This document shows, in pieces, positions 39,033-48,351 of a stretch of 59,771 nt of DNA. Within the stretch, counting starts at the first letter, position 1. Each line of letters starts with the position of its first letter. A program made the position numbers and the translations under genes. The stretch is from Candidatus Methylomirabilia bacterium (GTDB lineage Bacteria > Methylomirabilota > Methylomirabilia > Rokubacteriales > CSP1-6), in the NCBI GenBank assembly GCA_041492755.1, contig JBGPXN010000006.1, positions 1 to 59,771 on the forward strand, given 5' to 3'. Under the pieces are notes generated by a model. It did not search any database. It worked only from the letters and a program-made list of their open reading frames with translations, and was not told where the DNA came from.

Positions 39033-39785
39033 ATGGCCGATTCCCTTTCGGGCAGGATCGCGATCGTCACCGCCGGCGGCGCTGGCATCGGCGCGGCCAC
39101 CGCGCGCCGCTTCGCCGCGGAAGGCGCCTCGGTGGTGGTCGCCGATCTGAGCGGCCGGCGCGCCGGCGCGATCGCCGCTGCCATCACATCCGGGGGCGGC
39201 CGGGCGGTGAGCATCAAGATGGACGCCGCCGAGCCCGAGGGCATCCAGGCAGTGATCCGGCTGGCCCTCGACACGTTCGGTCGGCTCGACATCCTGTTCA
39301 ACAATGCCGGCATGGCCGACGTGGCGCTGCTTGAGGAGACCTCGCTCGAGAGCTGGAACCGGGTGATCGCGGTCACGTTGACGGGCACCTTCCTCGGCAT
39401 GAAGTACGCCCTGCCCGTCATGCGCCGGCAGGGCCGGGGCGTCATCGTCAACACGGCCTCGATCTCCGGCACCGCTGGCGACTATGGCCTGTCCTCCTAC
39501 AACGCGGCCAAGGCCGGCGTGATCAACCTGACGCGGGCGGCCGCCATCGAGAACGCCCGGCACAACACCCACGAAGGTCACCTCACGTACCTCAACGAGC
39601 TCGACCGTCCCGTCGTGAGCGGAGAGATCGTCAAGGCGTTCACCTTCACCGGCGAGGCCGAGGCGCTCCGGCAGCGGGTGCGCGAGCTGGCGGCGCGCGG
39701 CGTCACCGAGATCGCCTATCAGCCGAAGGGGCCGGACATCGCGCGGGAGCTCACCGCCTTCGCCGCCATGGCCGGCCTCGGGTGA
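39033..39785 (+). pseudogene. Chimeric ORF: SDR N-terminal ~180 aa fused in-frame to an LLM-oxidoreductase C-terminus
   Basis: TAGGAGIG, NNAG and YNAAK (SDR) run to ENARHN. The expected IRVN..PG is replaced by THEGHLTYLNELD...GVTEIAYQPKGPDIARELTAF (LLM-like end). Junction near 39567. Confidence 0.7.
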
Positions 39786-39854
39786 GGTCGGATGGAGTTA
39801 CACTGAACCGCCTTTCGCGAAAGCGTATTTCGCGCGGCGGCGAGGAGGGCCACC

Positions 39855-40238
39855 ATGGAGGACGAGGTCGCGGTCGCGAGCACGACCGGCGTCGCGCAGA
39901 TCTTCGACCTGAACGCGCTGAAGGCCTTCGCGTCCGACAAGCGCGTGCGCAAGATGCTCTTCAAGACCGACCAGCTCTGGTCGGAGATCGCCTGCTACGA
40001 GCCCGGCCAGTCGACGGCCATGCACCACCACCCCAGGGAGGAAGAGGCGATCTTCGTCCTCGAGGGCACCGCCAACATGAGCATCGCGGGGGAGGAAGTC
40101 GTCGTGCCAGCGGGCGCCATCGTGAAGTTTCCCGCCAACGTGCCGCACGACGTCCGCAACCTGGGCGCCGAGCGGTGCGTGATCATGTTCGTGAAGCTCA
40201 ATCCAAAGGTGCTGAAGGGAGCCGATGGCCGTGGGTAA
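39855..40238 (+). CDS. Cupin domain protein
   Basis: PGQ..MHHHP..EE...VLEG and G.....P....H. Confidence 0.88.
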   Translation: MEDEVAVASTTGVAQIFDLNALKAFASDKRVRKMLFKTDQLWSEIACYEPGQSTAMHHHPREEEAIFVLEGTANMSIAGEEVVVPAGAIVKFPANVPHDVRNLGAERCVIMFVKLNPKVLKGADGRG

Positions 40239-40581
40239 CGTCGAGCGCTGCGACAAGACGCTGCCGCTGAACGAGATGATCTTCTACGTCCGGCGCGACC
40301 CCGCGCTGCGCGCGCGCTGGCTCACCGATCTCGAAGGTCTCACCCGGGAATTCGGCTTGAGCCGGGCGGAGTACGAGGCGCTGAACGACAAGGACGTACG
40401 CCGGCTCAACGACCTCGGCGTGCATCAATACTATATCCCTCAGATCATGCGACTCTTCTACGGGGCCGGCATGAACACCAACAACCACCCGGCGCTGGAG
40501 GCCTACAAGCGGGCCTTCCCCGAAGAGACGGCGCGCGCCATGCAACTCCAGGCCGAGCTCGACGCGCGGACGCGGAGCTGA
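40225..40581 (+). CDS. LigA-like small subunit of an aromatic ring-cleavage dioxygenase
   Basis: LNEM, R.RW..D.E...EFGLS..E..AL...D...L...GVH; lies directly upstream of the LigB-like gene. Confidence 0.7.
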   Translation: MAVGNVERCDKTLPLNEMIFYVRRDPALRARWLTDLEGLTREFGLSRAEYEALNDKDVRRLNDLGVHQYYIPQIMRLFYGAGMNTNNHPALEAYKRAFPEETARAMQLQAELDARTRS

Positions 40582-40584
40582 CCG

Positions 40585-41427
40585 ATGGCCGAAATCGTCG
40601 CCGCCATGGCCGCCACCCACTCTCCCGGTCTCACCGGCTGGTTCACGCGCGGGCCGAAGGAGCATCAGGAGCAGGTGCTGCGCGCCTTCGGAGAGATGCG
40701 CGAGCGGCTGGCCGCCGCGCGGCCCGACGTCATCGTCGCGTTCAGCAACGACCACCTGCTGAACTGGCCGATCAACAACACGCCGGAGTACACGGTCGGC
40801 GTCGCCGCTGAGCACGTGGGACCGGCCGACTGGTACGACGAGTGGCTCGCGCTCGCCAAGTACCGCGTGCCCGGTCACCCGGCCCTGGCCCGCCATCTCG
40901 TCAACGAGGGCGCGCGGCGACGGCTGGCCCTCGCCTACCTCCGCGAGATGCAGTTCGACGACGGTTTCTCGGTGCCCCTGCACTACCTGACCCCGGACAT
41001 GCGCATCCCGCTCGTGCCGGTGTCGATGAACTGCACGGTGCCGCCGATCCCCACGCCCGAGCGCGCCTACGAGGTGGGAACGACCATGCGCGAGATCCTG
41101 CGCGCCTTCCCCGGCCCGGAGCGCATCGCGGTCGTCGCCACCGGCGGGCTCTCGCACGAGCCGGGCGGCCCCCGGTACTTCTGGGTGGACGAGGAGTTCG
41201 ACCTCTGGTTCCTCGATCTGCTCAAGAAGGGCGATCACGCGACGCTGCTGCGCGAGTGCACGCTCGAGCGCATGGAGGAGGCCGGCTCCGGCGGCACCGC
41301 CGAGCTGCTCGCCTGGATCCTCGTCATGGCGTTCACCCGCGGCCCGGCCGAAGTCCTCGCCTACATGCCGGCGATCGCCTGGCGCACGGGGACCGGCATG
41401 GTCGTCTGGAACGAGCTGGCGAGCTGA
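40585..41427 (+). CDS. Class III extradiol ring-cleavage dioxygenase (LigB family)
   Basis: THSP, NDH, GGLSHEPG, DEEFD, GTAE. Confidence 0.88.
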   Translation: MAEIVAAMAATHSPGLTGWFTRGPKEHQEQVLRAFGEMRERLAAARPDVIVAFSNDHLLNWPINNTPEYTVGVAAEHVGPADWYDEWLALAKYRVPGHPALARHLVNEGARRRLALAYLREMQFDDGFSVPLHYLTPDMRIPLVPVSMNCTVPPIPTPERAYEVGTTMREILRAFPGPERIAVVATGGLSHEPGGPRYFWVDEEFDLWFLDLLKKGDHATLLRECTLERMEEAGSGGTAELLAWILVMAFTRGPAEVLAYMPAIAWRTGTGMVVWNELAS

Positions 41428-41441
41428 CCTGGGAGGAGCCC

Positions 41442-41900
41442 ATGGGCAAGCGACAGTCGCAGGGGGCGGCGCTGCTCCGCATCGTCCTCGGTGCGATTCT
41501 CGTCATGCATGGCTACCGCGCGCTGGCCATCATCGGCTGGAGCGCCACCGCCGACTTCATCGCGCGGGCCGGGTGGTTCCCGCCGGCGCTCACCACCACG
41601 CTCGCCGGCTACCTCATCGTCGCTCACCTCGTGGGGGGCGCCCTGCTCATCCTCGGGGTGTGGACGGAGCCCGCCGCGCTCGCGCAGCTGCCGATCATGG
41701 CCACGCTCGTGTTCTTCATCCACTCGAACGAAGGCTTCTTCATCCGCGCCGTCGTTGACGCGGGAGGACAGCCGGCCGTGGGCGGCTACGAGTACGCGCT
41801 CCTGATCCTCGCCGCCACCATCTCGGTGAGCCTCCTCGGTGCCGGCGACTTTGCCCTGGACCGCGGCTCGCGTCGCGCGCGTCGCCTTTCGCAGCCCTGA
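41442..41900 (+). CDS. DoxX family membrane protein
   Basis: LLRIVLG....HG, GGALLILG, GGYEYALL, GAGDFALD. Confidence 0.88.
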   Translation: MGKRQSQGAALLRIVLGAILVMHGYRALAIIGWSATADFIARAGWFPPALTTTLAGYLIVAHLVGGALLILGVWTEPAALAQLPIMATLVFFIHSNEGFFIRAVVDAGGQPAVGGYEYALLILAATISVSLLGAGDFALDRGSRRARRLSQP

Positions 41901-41921
41901 AGAACTCCGGAGAGGACTGAC

Positions 41922-42857
41922 ATGCCGCGTGAACATCGCCTCGATGCCAAGCAGGTCCATCACGAGTGGAACAACGCGCTGCCGGCGCGGCTTCAGATCG
42001 ATCCCGGCGACACGGTGGTCTTCGAGACCCGCGACGCCGCCGATGGGTTCTACTCACCGAAGTCCACGGCGGCCGACGTCCTCAACCGCGTGTTCAAGGG
42101 CCACCCCCTCACGGGGCCGGTGCGCGTGCGGGGTGCGCAGCCCGGAGACACGCTCGTGATCGAGATCCTCGACGTGCGTCCGCGCGCGCCGTGGGGCTGG
42201 ACCCAGATCCGGCCCGGCCGCGGCTTGCTGCCGGAAGCGGACTTCTCCCAGCCGTTCCTGCAAATCTGGAACATCGAGGACGGAACGCACGCGCGCATGG
42301 GCAACGGGATCGCCGTGCCGCTCGATCCCTTCCCCGGCGTGATGGGCGTGGCGCTCCCGGAGCCGGGCGGCCACAGCACGATGCCGCCACGGCGCAACGG
42401 CGGCAACATGGACATCAAGCAGCTCACCGCCGGCACCACGCTGTGGCTCCCCGTGCTCGTCGACGGCGCGCTCTTCAGCATCGGCGACGGCCACGGCGCC
42501 CAGGGCGACGGCGAGGTGTGCATCACCGCGGTGGAGATGGACGCGACGGTCACCCTGCGCTTCGGCCTCGATCGTGGCCGCTCCGTGCCCGAGCCGCGCC
42601 TGCGCACGGCCGGACCGATCGCCGCGCGCACGAACCATGGCCCGCACTTCGCGACGACCGCCCACGGCCCCGACCTCTTCGCCTCCGCCCAGCAGGCCAT
42701 CCGCTACCTCATCGATCACCTCGTGGCCGAGCGTGGACTCTCCCGCGAGCAGGCGTACGTGCTCGCCAGCGTGGCCGCGGATCTGAAGATCAGCGAGATC
42801 GTGGACAGGCCGAACTGGATCGTCTCCGCCTTCCTGCCCGAGATGGTCTTCGGCTGA
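41922..42857 (+). CDS. Acetamidase/formamidase family protein
   Basis: HPLTGPV, GGNMD, GDGHGAQGDGEV...AVE, ISEIVD. Confidence 0.92.
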   Translation: MPREHRLDAKQVHHEWNNALPARLQIDPGDTVVFETRDAADGFYSPKSTAADVLNRVFKGHPLTGPVRVRGAQPGDTLVIEILDVRPRAPWGWTQIRPGRGLLPEADFSQPFLQIWNIEDGTHARMGNGIAVPLDPFPGVMGVALPEPGGHSTMPPRRNGGNMDIKQLTAGTTLWLPVLVDGALFSIGDGHGAQGDGEVCITAVEMDATVTLRFGLDRGRSVPEPRLRTAGPIAARTNHGPHFATTAHGPDLFASAQQAIRYLIDHLVAERGLSREQAYVLASVAADLKISEIVDRPNWIVSAFLPEMVFG

Positions 42858-42864
42858 GGTCGCG

Positions 42865-43173
42865 CTACTTGAACTCCTGAGAAAATTTCACCTCACAGCG
42901 ATTGGTCTTGAACTCTCCGACGAAGAAGGGCTGCAGCGGCGCGAGAATCTCCTTCTGGTAGAACTCGCTCTGCTCATACGCCCGCATGTCCTCCATGCTG
43001 TCCCACAAACTGACGGCGAAGCCGGCGTCTTTATCCTGGGTGTCCTGCGCCAGCCAGCGGCCCCGCAGTCCCTTCTGCCCCTTGGTCTTGGCCACCACCG
43101 TTGCGTGGTACGTTTGCTCGTACTCGCTCCATCTGCCGGGATGCACTTTGCCCCACGTGATACGCATGATCAT
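42865..43173 (-). CDS. Antibiotic biosynthesis monooxygenase (dimeric alpha/beta barrel) family protein
   Basis: About 100 aa with PG, GLRG, SLWDSMEDMRAY pattern; AGAAGGAGG RBS. Confidence 0.75.
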   Translation of the reverse strand: MIMRITWGKVHPGRWSEYEQTYHATVVAKTKGQKGLRGRWLAQDTQDKDAGFAVSLWDSMEDMRAYEQSEFYQKEILAPLQPFFVGEFKTNRCEVKFSQEFK

Positions 43174-43280
43174 GGAATGCCCTCCTTCTGATAGTCGCCT
43201 GCCCTACACACCACCGCCCCCGGTCGCTCCAGACATCGCACGCCCGCCGGGGCGCGCGTCTCAGCCGCGAATGGCCCTGG

Positions 43281-44330
43281 TCACTCCGGGCGCTCGAGGC
43301 GCGACGTGAGCTCGACCCGCTCGCCGTCGCGCAGGACGACGATGGTGAGCGCCGCGCCGGGGACGAGCGACCGCCGCAGCGCGACGATGCGCTCGCGGCT
43401 GCCCGGCTCACCGACGCGGATGCCGCCGATGGAGAGGATGATGTCGCCGCCGACGAGGAACGTCTGGCCGTCGATGATTGCCTTCTGCGTGCCCGGGCGC
43501 AGGCCGGTTCTCTCCGCCGGCGACCCGGCCGCGACCCGCTGGATCAGGACACCGGCCGGCTGCGGCAGGTTGAAGATCTTCGCGAGGTGGTCGCGGAGGA
43601 CGAAGCCCTGCACGCCGCTCCAGAACGACCGCTGGTCGAGGAGGAGCGCCCGGGCCATGTTCGAGCTGACGACGAACCCGAGGCCCTCGAAGCCACCGGA
43701 CTTCGAGATGATGTGGCTCACGATCCCGACCACCTCGCCAGCCAGGTTGAACATGGGGCCGCCGGAATTGCCCTGGTTGATGGCGGCGTCCGTCTGGAGG
43801 AACTCCGCGCGCGCCAGTTCGCTGTAGATCGTGTTCGGCTGATGCCGCGCGCTGACGTGGCCGACCGTGAGCGTGTGGCTGATCCCGTACGGGGCGCCGA
43901 TGATGAAGACCTGGTCGCCGACGTCGACCCTGTCCGAGTCGCCGAGGGGCAACGACTGGATGCCCTCGGGCACGCGGTCGAGCTGGATGAGCGAGACGTC
44001 GGCGCTGGGCTCGGAGGCGATCACGCGCGCCCGGACAGCATCGCCCGTCAGGAACTCCACGGTGATCTCGTCGGCGGTCTGGACGATGTGGGCGGCGGTC
44101 ATCACCTTTCCGTCGGCGGAAACGAGGACACCCGAGCCGAGGCCCGGGAGGCTCGTGAGGTGCCCCGGGCCCTGGCCGACGACGGCGTTCTCCGTGGTCC
44201 GCACGACCACAACGGACCCGTTCACGCGCTTGAAGACCTGCCCCAGGGTCTCGGCGCCGGCGGGCGCGAGCGGCCAGACGGTGGCGAGCGGCAGGAGCAG
44301 CGCGGCGACGCCACGTCGAAGGATGGTCAC
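43281..44330 (-). CDS. HtrA/DegP-like trypsin serine protease with PDZ domain
   Basis: GSGV, TAAH, DVSL, QTDAAINQGNSGGP, GSPAE, GGDII. Confidence 0.9.
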   Translation of the reverse strand: MTILRRGVAALLLPLATVWPLAPAGAETLGQVFKRVNGSVVVVRTTENAVVGQGPGHLTSLPGLGSGVLVSADGKVMTAAHIVQTADEITVEFLTGDAVRARVIASEPSADVSLIQLDRVPEGIQSLPLGDSDRVDVGDQVFIIGAPYGISHTLTVGHVSARHQPNTIYSELARAEFLQTDAAINQGNSGGPMFNLAGEVVGIVSHIISKSGGFEGLGFVVSSNMARALLLDQRSFWSGVQGFVLRDHLAKIFNLPQPAGVLIQRVAAGSPAERTGLRPGTQKAIIDGQTFLVGGDIILSIGGIRVGEPGSRERIVALRRSLVPGAALTIVVLRDGERVELTSRLERPE

Positions 44331-44683
44331 GTCCCGGCAAGGATTTCCGATGCGCGGCCCCTTGTCAAGACGCACAGGGCTGCGCCTTTGACGGTGCACA
44401 CGCCGGCCCGGTAGAGTCTCGCCGGTGATCGCCCGGCCCGCTGCGCTGCCACCGAAGCTGCTCCGGCGGGAGTTCGCGATCGAGGACGCCACCGAGGCGC
44501 GCCTGCGTCCGCGCGGTGGACTTCGAGAGTGGCCGCGCGCTGTGCGCCCCCGATCTCGTCGCGTTCGGCACGGTCGCCGAGTTCGTGGTCGGCCTCGACG
44601 GCGTGGTTCCATCTATACTCTTTACCCGGGCCGCGGGGCACGAAGCCGACAGTTCCCGACGGGCGCTCTGCTACCATGTCGTC

Positions 44684-45082
44684 ATGCGCGGCGCTGACCG
44701 GGATGCGGTGGGCGCGATCTCGGAAGTGTTCCAGCAACACCCCGGGGCCCGTCTCGCTATCCTCTTCGGCTCCCGCGCGCGTGCAGACGGCACCGCGGCA
44801 TCCGACTGGGACATCGGATACCTGGGTGACGAGTGTGTGGATCGTGACCGCCTGATGACCGACCTCGTCTACGCCCTCGACACCGACCGTGTCGATCTCG
44901 TCGATCTCGAGCGCGCCGGCGGGCTCGTGCGCTTCCGTGCGGCCCGTGACGGCATTGCCGTGTTCGAAGCGTCGCCTGACGCGTTCGAGCGCTTCTGGCT
45001 CGAGGTCGTGACCTTCTGGTGTGACGCCGGCCCCGTCATCCGGGCCGGTTACGACGAGCTGCTGGCGGAGCTTCCGCGCTGA
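44684..45082 (+). CDS. mntA: Minimal nucleotidyltransferase (MNT) antitoxin, type VII TA
   Basis: LFGSRARADGTAASDWDIG (GSx10DxD) and VDLVDL. Confidence 0.88.
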   Translation: MRGADRDAVGAISEVFQQHPGARLAILFGSRARADGTAASDWDIGYLGDECVDRDRLMTDLVYALDTDRVDLVDLERAGGLVRFRAARDGIAVFEASPDAFERFWLEVVTFWCDAGPVIRAGYDELLAELPR

Positions 45083-45498
45083 GCGCCCTCGATCGAGAGG
45101 TACTCGCGGAAAAGGTCGCCGCCGTGCAGCGGCACCTCGCCCGCGTGAGTGAGCGTCTCCCGGAAAATCCGGTGGATCTTGCGCCATCGACGGATGCATC
45201 GGATGCCGTGATTCTGCACCTATGGCAGGCCGTGCAAATCGTCATCGATCTGGCGGTGTCGGCCTGCTTGCATCTGAAGCTCGGCACACCGAGCACGTAT
45301 GCGGACGCGTTTCGCCGGCTGGCGGACGCCGGCCATGTGGAGCGCGAGCTCGCCGCCCGCCTCGAACGCGCGGCCGGCTTCCGGAACGTCGTGGCGCACG
45401 CGTACGAGAGGCTTGACATGACTCGGGTGCATCGCGGGGCCCGCGACGGGCCCGACGACCTCCGCGCATTCCTCGGGACCCTCAGCCGCCTGGTCTGA
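45079..45498 (+). CDS. hepT: HEPN (DUF86) ribonuclease toxin
   Basis: RNVVAHAY (Rx4HxY) and PSTYADAF. Start probably CTG 45079, overlapping the mntA stop; GTG 45124 is the alternative. Confidence 0.85.
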   Translation: MSALDREVLAEKVAAVQRHLARVSERLPENPVDLAPSTDASDAVILHLWQAVQIVIDLAVSACLHLKLGTPSTYADAFRRLADAGHVERELAARLERAAGFRNVVAHAYERLDMTRVHRGARDGPDDLRAFLGTLSRLV

Positions 45499-45561
45499 TC
45501 TCCTGCCCGTCGCGCCGCGCGGAGGCGGCGGCCATACGACTCATCCCTGGTTCGGGCGCGT

Positions 45562-46092
45562 CTACCGCGGCTTGGCGTACCCTTCCGCGAGCAGCGTGCG
45601 CGCGACGTCAACGCCGCCGACGTAGACGTCGGCCACGATGCGGCCGTAGGCATCCTCCGCGCGGCGCACGATCGTCACCGGGCCCGAGTGGAGCAGCGCG
45701 ATGAGGCGCTGCGTGGCGGCGGCGGCCCCCGGCTGGCCCAGCTCGGGCGTGTCGATCCCGCGCAACCGGATGGCTTCGGGGCCGACGTAGAACGTATCGC
45801 CGTCGTGGACGTGGATGCTGCCCGGCGTCACCGTCTGATGGCTGGCGCCCGCGGCCTGGGTCACGGACGGGGTGCCTCGACGCGCATACCTCCACGAGTG
45901 GACCCGGACTCCCACGCGGTGATGGGGTGACGCCCCGAGGCGCGGCTGCCAGCGGACGTGGGCGGCGTTTCGGAGCGGAGCCGGCGCCGCGTGGGCGGCC
46001 CGAACGTGGGAGGGCAACGAGGCGTGAAGGGTTGCGGCCTCGACACGCAGCGGCAGCAGAGCCACGGCGAGAATAAAGACGATGCGTTTCAT
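45562..46092 (-). CDS. Secreted thermonuclease (SNase) family protein
   Basis: GGAGG RBS, signal peptide, basic linker; HDGDT, IRLRGIDTPE, DAYGR, EGYA. Confidence 0.88.
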   Translation of the reverse strand: MKRIVFILAVALLPLRVEAATLHASLPSHVRAAHAAPAPLRNAAHVRWQPRLGASPHHRVGVRVHSWRYARRGTPSVTQAAGASHQTVTPGSIHVHDGDTFYVGPEAIRLRGIDTPELGQPGAAAATQRLIALLHSGPVTIVRRAEDAYGRIVADVYVGGVDVARTLLAEGYAKPR

Positions 46093-46536
46093 GGTCGCCT
46101 CCGTCGTTGATGAATGCGCCCGGTCGCACATTCGACGTGCGACGGTGGCGAGTCGTTTGTGTCTGATCTTTGATACGGTGCGTGGCACCGGAGGCGCGGC
46201 GCCAGGTGACTCAGCCGTCACTCCGGCGGCGGCATAAACGGTGTCCGGCGTCGCCCAGGTGGGGCCGGCGCCGTCGGCTGGGGCGAGGCTTGCTGCCTCA
46301 GGAGCCCTCAGGGGCCGTAGGCACAAGCAGCGACCGGGCTTTGGAATTCTTACGCTCCCCGGGCGCCTCGGACAAGACGAACGTCCCCTTCACCGGCCGT
46401 GGCCAGGAAGAACCTGGGCCGCTCAAAGGCGCGAACGCATGACGGGAACGCCTCGTGCACTCGCCGTGGCCGAGGCGCTCAGCGAGCCTGCCACGCCCCT
46501 GGGAGACGCTATTGCGTTACGTGACCAGGACGTCGT

Positions 46537-46668
46537 TCATTTTGTGACGAGGAATGGGAACTCCTCCGCCTTGGCCTTCCCCCCGCCCTTCACGTTCTTG
46601 ACGTCCTTGGGCGCCAGATCCTTCGTCGCCACGCGCTTCCGTGCCTGCGCCTTGCTCTTCTTCGCCAT
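46537..46668 (-). CDS. Small basic peptide with double-glycine-type leader (43 aa; frameshifted extension to 46517)
   Basis: GGAGG RBS plus ATG; MAKKSKAQARKRVATKDLAPKDVKNVKGG|GKAKAEEFPFLVTK*. Codons look coding (AAG/GAC/GTC-rich). The -1 frame continues KMNDVLVT*. Confidence 0.65.
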   Translation of the reverse strand: MAKKSKAQARKRVATKDLAPKDVKNVKGGGKAKAEEFPFLVTK

Positions 46669-46856
46669 GGCCCAGCCTCCCGTTCGAAGATTCACTCCAG
46701 TACGAACTGACCCAGCACATCCTGCGTCGGCCCCGCGCGGCGCGCAAGTCATCGATTCGACGGTGCCGACGTACCGCCGCGAGGCGCCGATCGGGCATCG
46801 CGCCATGATTCGGCGCCGGTCGGCGACGGGCCGCCCGATCTCGACGCGCTACCCGG

Positions 46857-47124
46857 TCAGGAAGCCCACGCGCCGGCGGCCGAAGAGGTCCAGCGGATCA
46901 CGCGCTTGTTCAGTTGACTCTCGTCGACCTCCAGCCCGAGCCCCGGCGCGTCCGAGAAGACGAACTTCCCCTTCACCGGCCGCACCGGCGGCTTGAACCC
47001 CACGTCCTGGATGTCCCGGGGCCCGCTGTACTCGGCCGGGTGGTGCGAGTGCGTGAGCGAGGCCACGAAGTGCAGGTTCGCGGTGTGGCCGATCGAGGGC
47101 TGCGTCCGGTGGACGGGCTTTCAT
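46857..47124 (-). pseudogene. Mandelate racemase/muconate lactonizing enzyme remnant (start codons joined out-of-frame to the C-terminus)
   Basis: ATG-AAA at 47124, then in another frame VHRTQPSIGHTANLHFVASL..AEY...DAPGLGLEVDE (enolase-superfamily C-terminal PGLG motif). Confidence 0.65.
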
Positions 47125-47145
47125 GGACGTGACGGACGACCCGGT

Positions 47146-48351
47146 TCAGACCACGCCGTCGGCCTTCAGGCGCGCGAGATCCTCCGCGCCGAGCGACAGC
47201 CACTCCTTGTAGATCTCGGCGTTGTGCTGGCCGAGCAGCGGTGCGGGGGTGATCTGCGTCGGTGACTTCGAGAGCTGCACCGGGTTGCCGGGCATCGTGA
47301 ACTCGCCCCAGCCCGGGTGCTGGATCGTGGTCACCATGCCGCGCTCCTTGAGGTGCGGGTCCGTGAGGATCTCGGCCGGCGTGAGGCAGGCACCGGCGGG
47401 GACCCCGGCCTTGCCCAGCGCGGCCATCACCTCGTGCTTGGTCTTCGTCAGCGTCCACGTTTCGACCAGCTTGTCGACCTGGTCCTTGTGGTCGCTACGC
47501 CACTTGGGCTCGGACCACTCCGGGTGGCCGACGAGGTCGTCGCGATCGATCGTGCGCAGCAGCGCGTCCCACATGTGGCGGCGCACCGGCTGCGGATAGA
47601 TGTAGGCGTAGTCATCGGCGCCGCCCGGCTTGCAGCGATAGATGCCCGAGGGCGAGGAGTTGGGAATGTCGTTGCCGCGCCGCGAGTCGGACTGGCCGCC
47701 GGAGTAAACCAGCCGCATGGCGACGCGGCAGAAGTTGACCACCGCGTCCTGCATCGACAGCTCGACGCGCTGGCCCTGGCCGGAGGCTTCGCGCTGCCAC
47801 AGCGCGGCCATCACGCCGAAGGCCGCGTGCACGCCGGTGCCGGAGTCGCCGATGGTCGGGCCCGGCTTGAGCGGCGGCGAGCCGGGGAAGCCGGTCAGCG
47901 TCATCGCGCCGCCGGTGGCCTGGGCGATCATGTCGAAGCTCTTGTACTCGCTGTACGGCCCGTACGTCCCGAAGCCCTTGACCGAGAGGTAGATCAGCCG
48001 CGGATTGATCTTGGCGAGCGCCTCGTAGCCGAGCCCGTTCTTCTCCAGCGCGCCCGGCGCTTGGTTCTCGGCGACGACGTCCGCCTTCTTGACCATGTCG
48101 AGGAACATGGCCTTGCCCTGCGGGTGCTTGAGGTTCAGCGTGACGCTGCGCTTGTTGGAGTTCAGCGTCAGGAAATAGCTGCTGTCCACGCCGGGCTTCT
48201 CGGCGCGGCCATAGCGGCCCGGCTCGCCCTTGCCGGGCTCTTCCACCTTGATGACGTCGGCGCCCAGCCAGGCCAGGAGCTGGGTGCAGGAGGGGCCGGC
48301 CTCGAACTGGGTCAGGTCCAGGACGCGGATGCCGTTCAGGGCTTTGCTCAT
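47146..48351 (-). CDS. CoA-transferase family III (formyl-CoA transferase-like)
   Basis: [49 protein letters not shown]. Confidence 0.92.
   Translation of the reverse strand: MSKALNGIRVLDLTQFEAGPSCTQLLAWLGADVIKVEEPGKGEPGRYGRAEKPGVDSSYFLTLNSNKRSVTLNLKHPQGKAMFLDMVKKADVVAENQAPGALEKNGLGYEALAKINPRLIYLSVKGFGTYGPYSEYKSFDMIAQATGGAMTLTGFPGSPPLKPGPTIGDSGTGVHAAFGVMAALWQREASGQGQRVELSMQDAVVNFCRVAMRLVYSGGQSDSRRGNDIPNSSPSGIYRCKPGGADDYAYIYPQPVRRHMWDALLRTIDRDDLVGHPEWSEPKWRSDHKDQVDKLVETWTLTKTKHEVMAALGKAGVPAGACLTPAEILTDPHLKERGMVTTIQHPGWGEFTMPGNPVQLSKSPTQITPAPLLGQHNAEIYKEWLSLGAEDLARLKADGVV

Noticed and set aside
44425-44640. Possible alpha-L-rhamnosidase fragment (LLRREFAI..ARL)
   Set aside because: The similarity is too short to support without a search.
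46277-46293. Sigma-54-like TGGGGCGAGGCTTGC on the + strand
   Set aside because: No credible + strand gene downstream; likely a chance match.
46537-46668. Reading the small basic peptide as a histone-like or ribosomal protein
   Set aside because: It matches no ribosomal protein I recognise; the DL...VKGG motif and hydrophobic tail fit a leader-core layout better.
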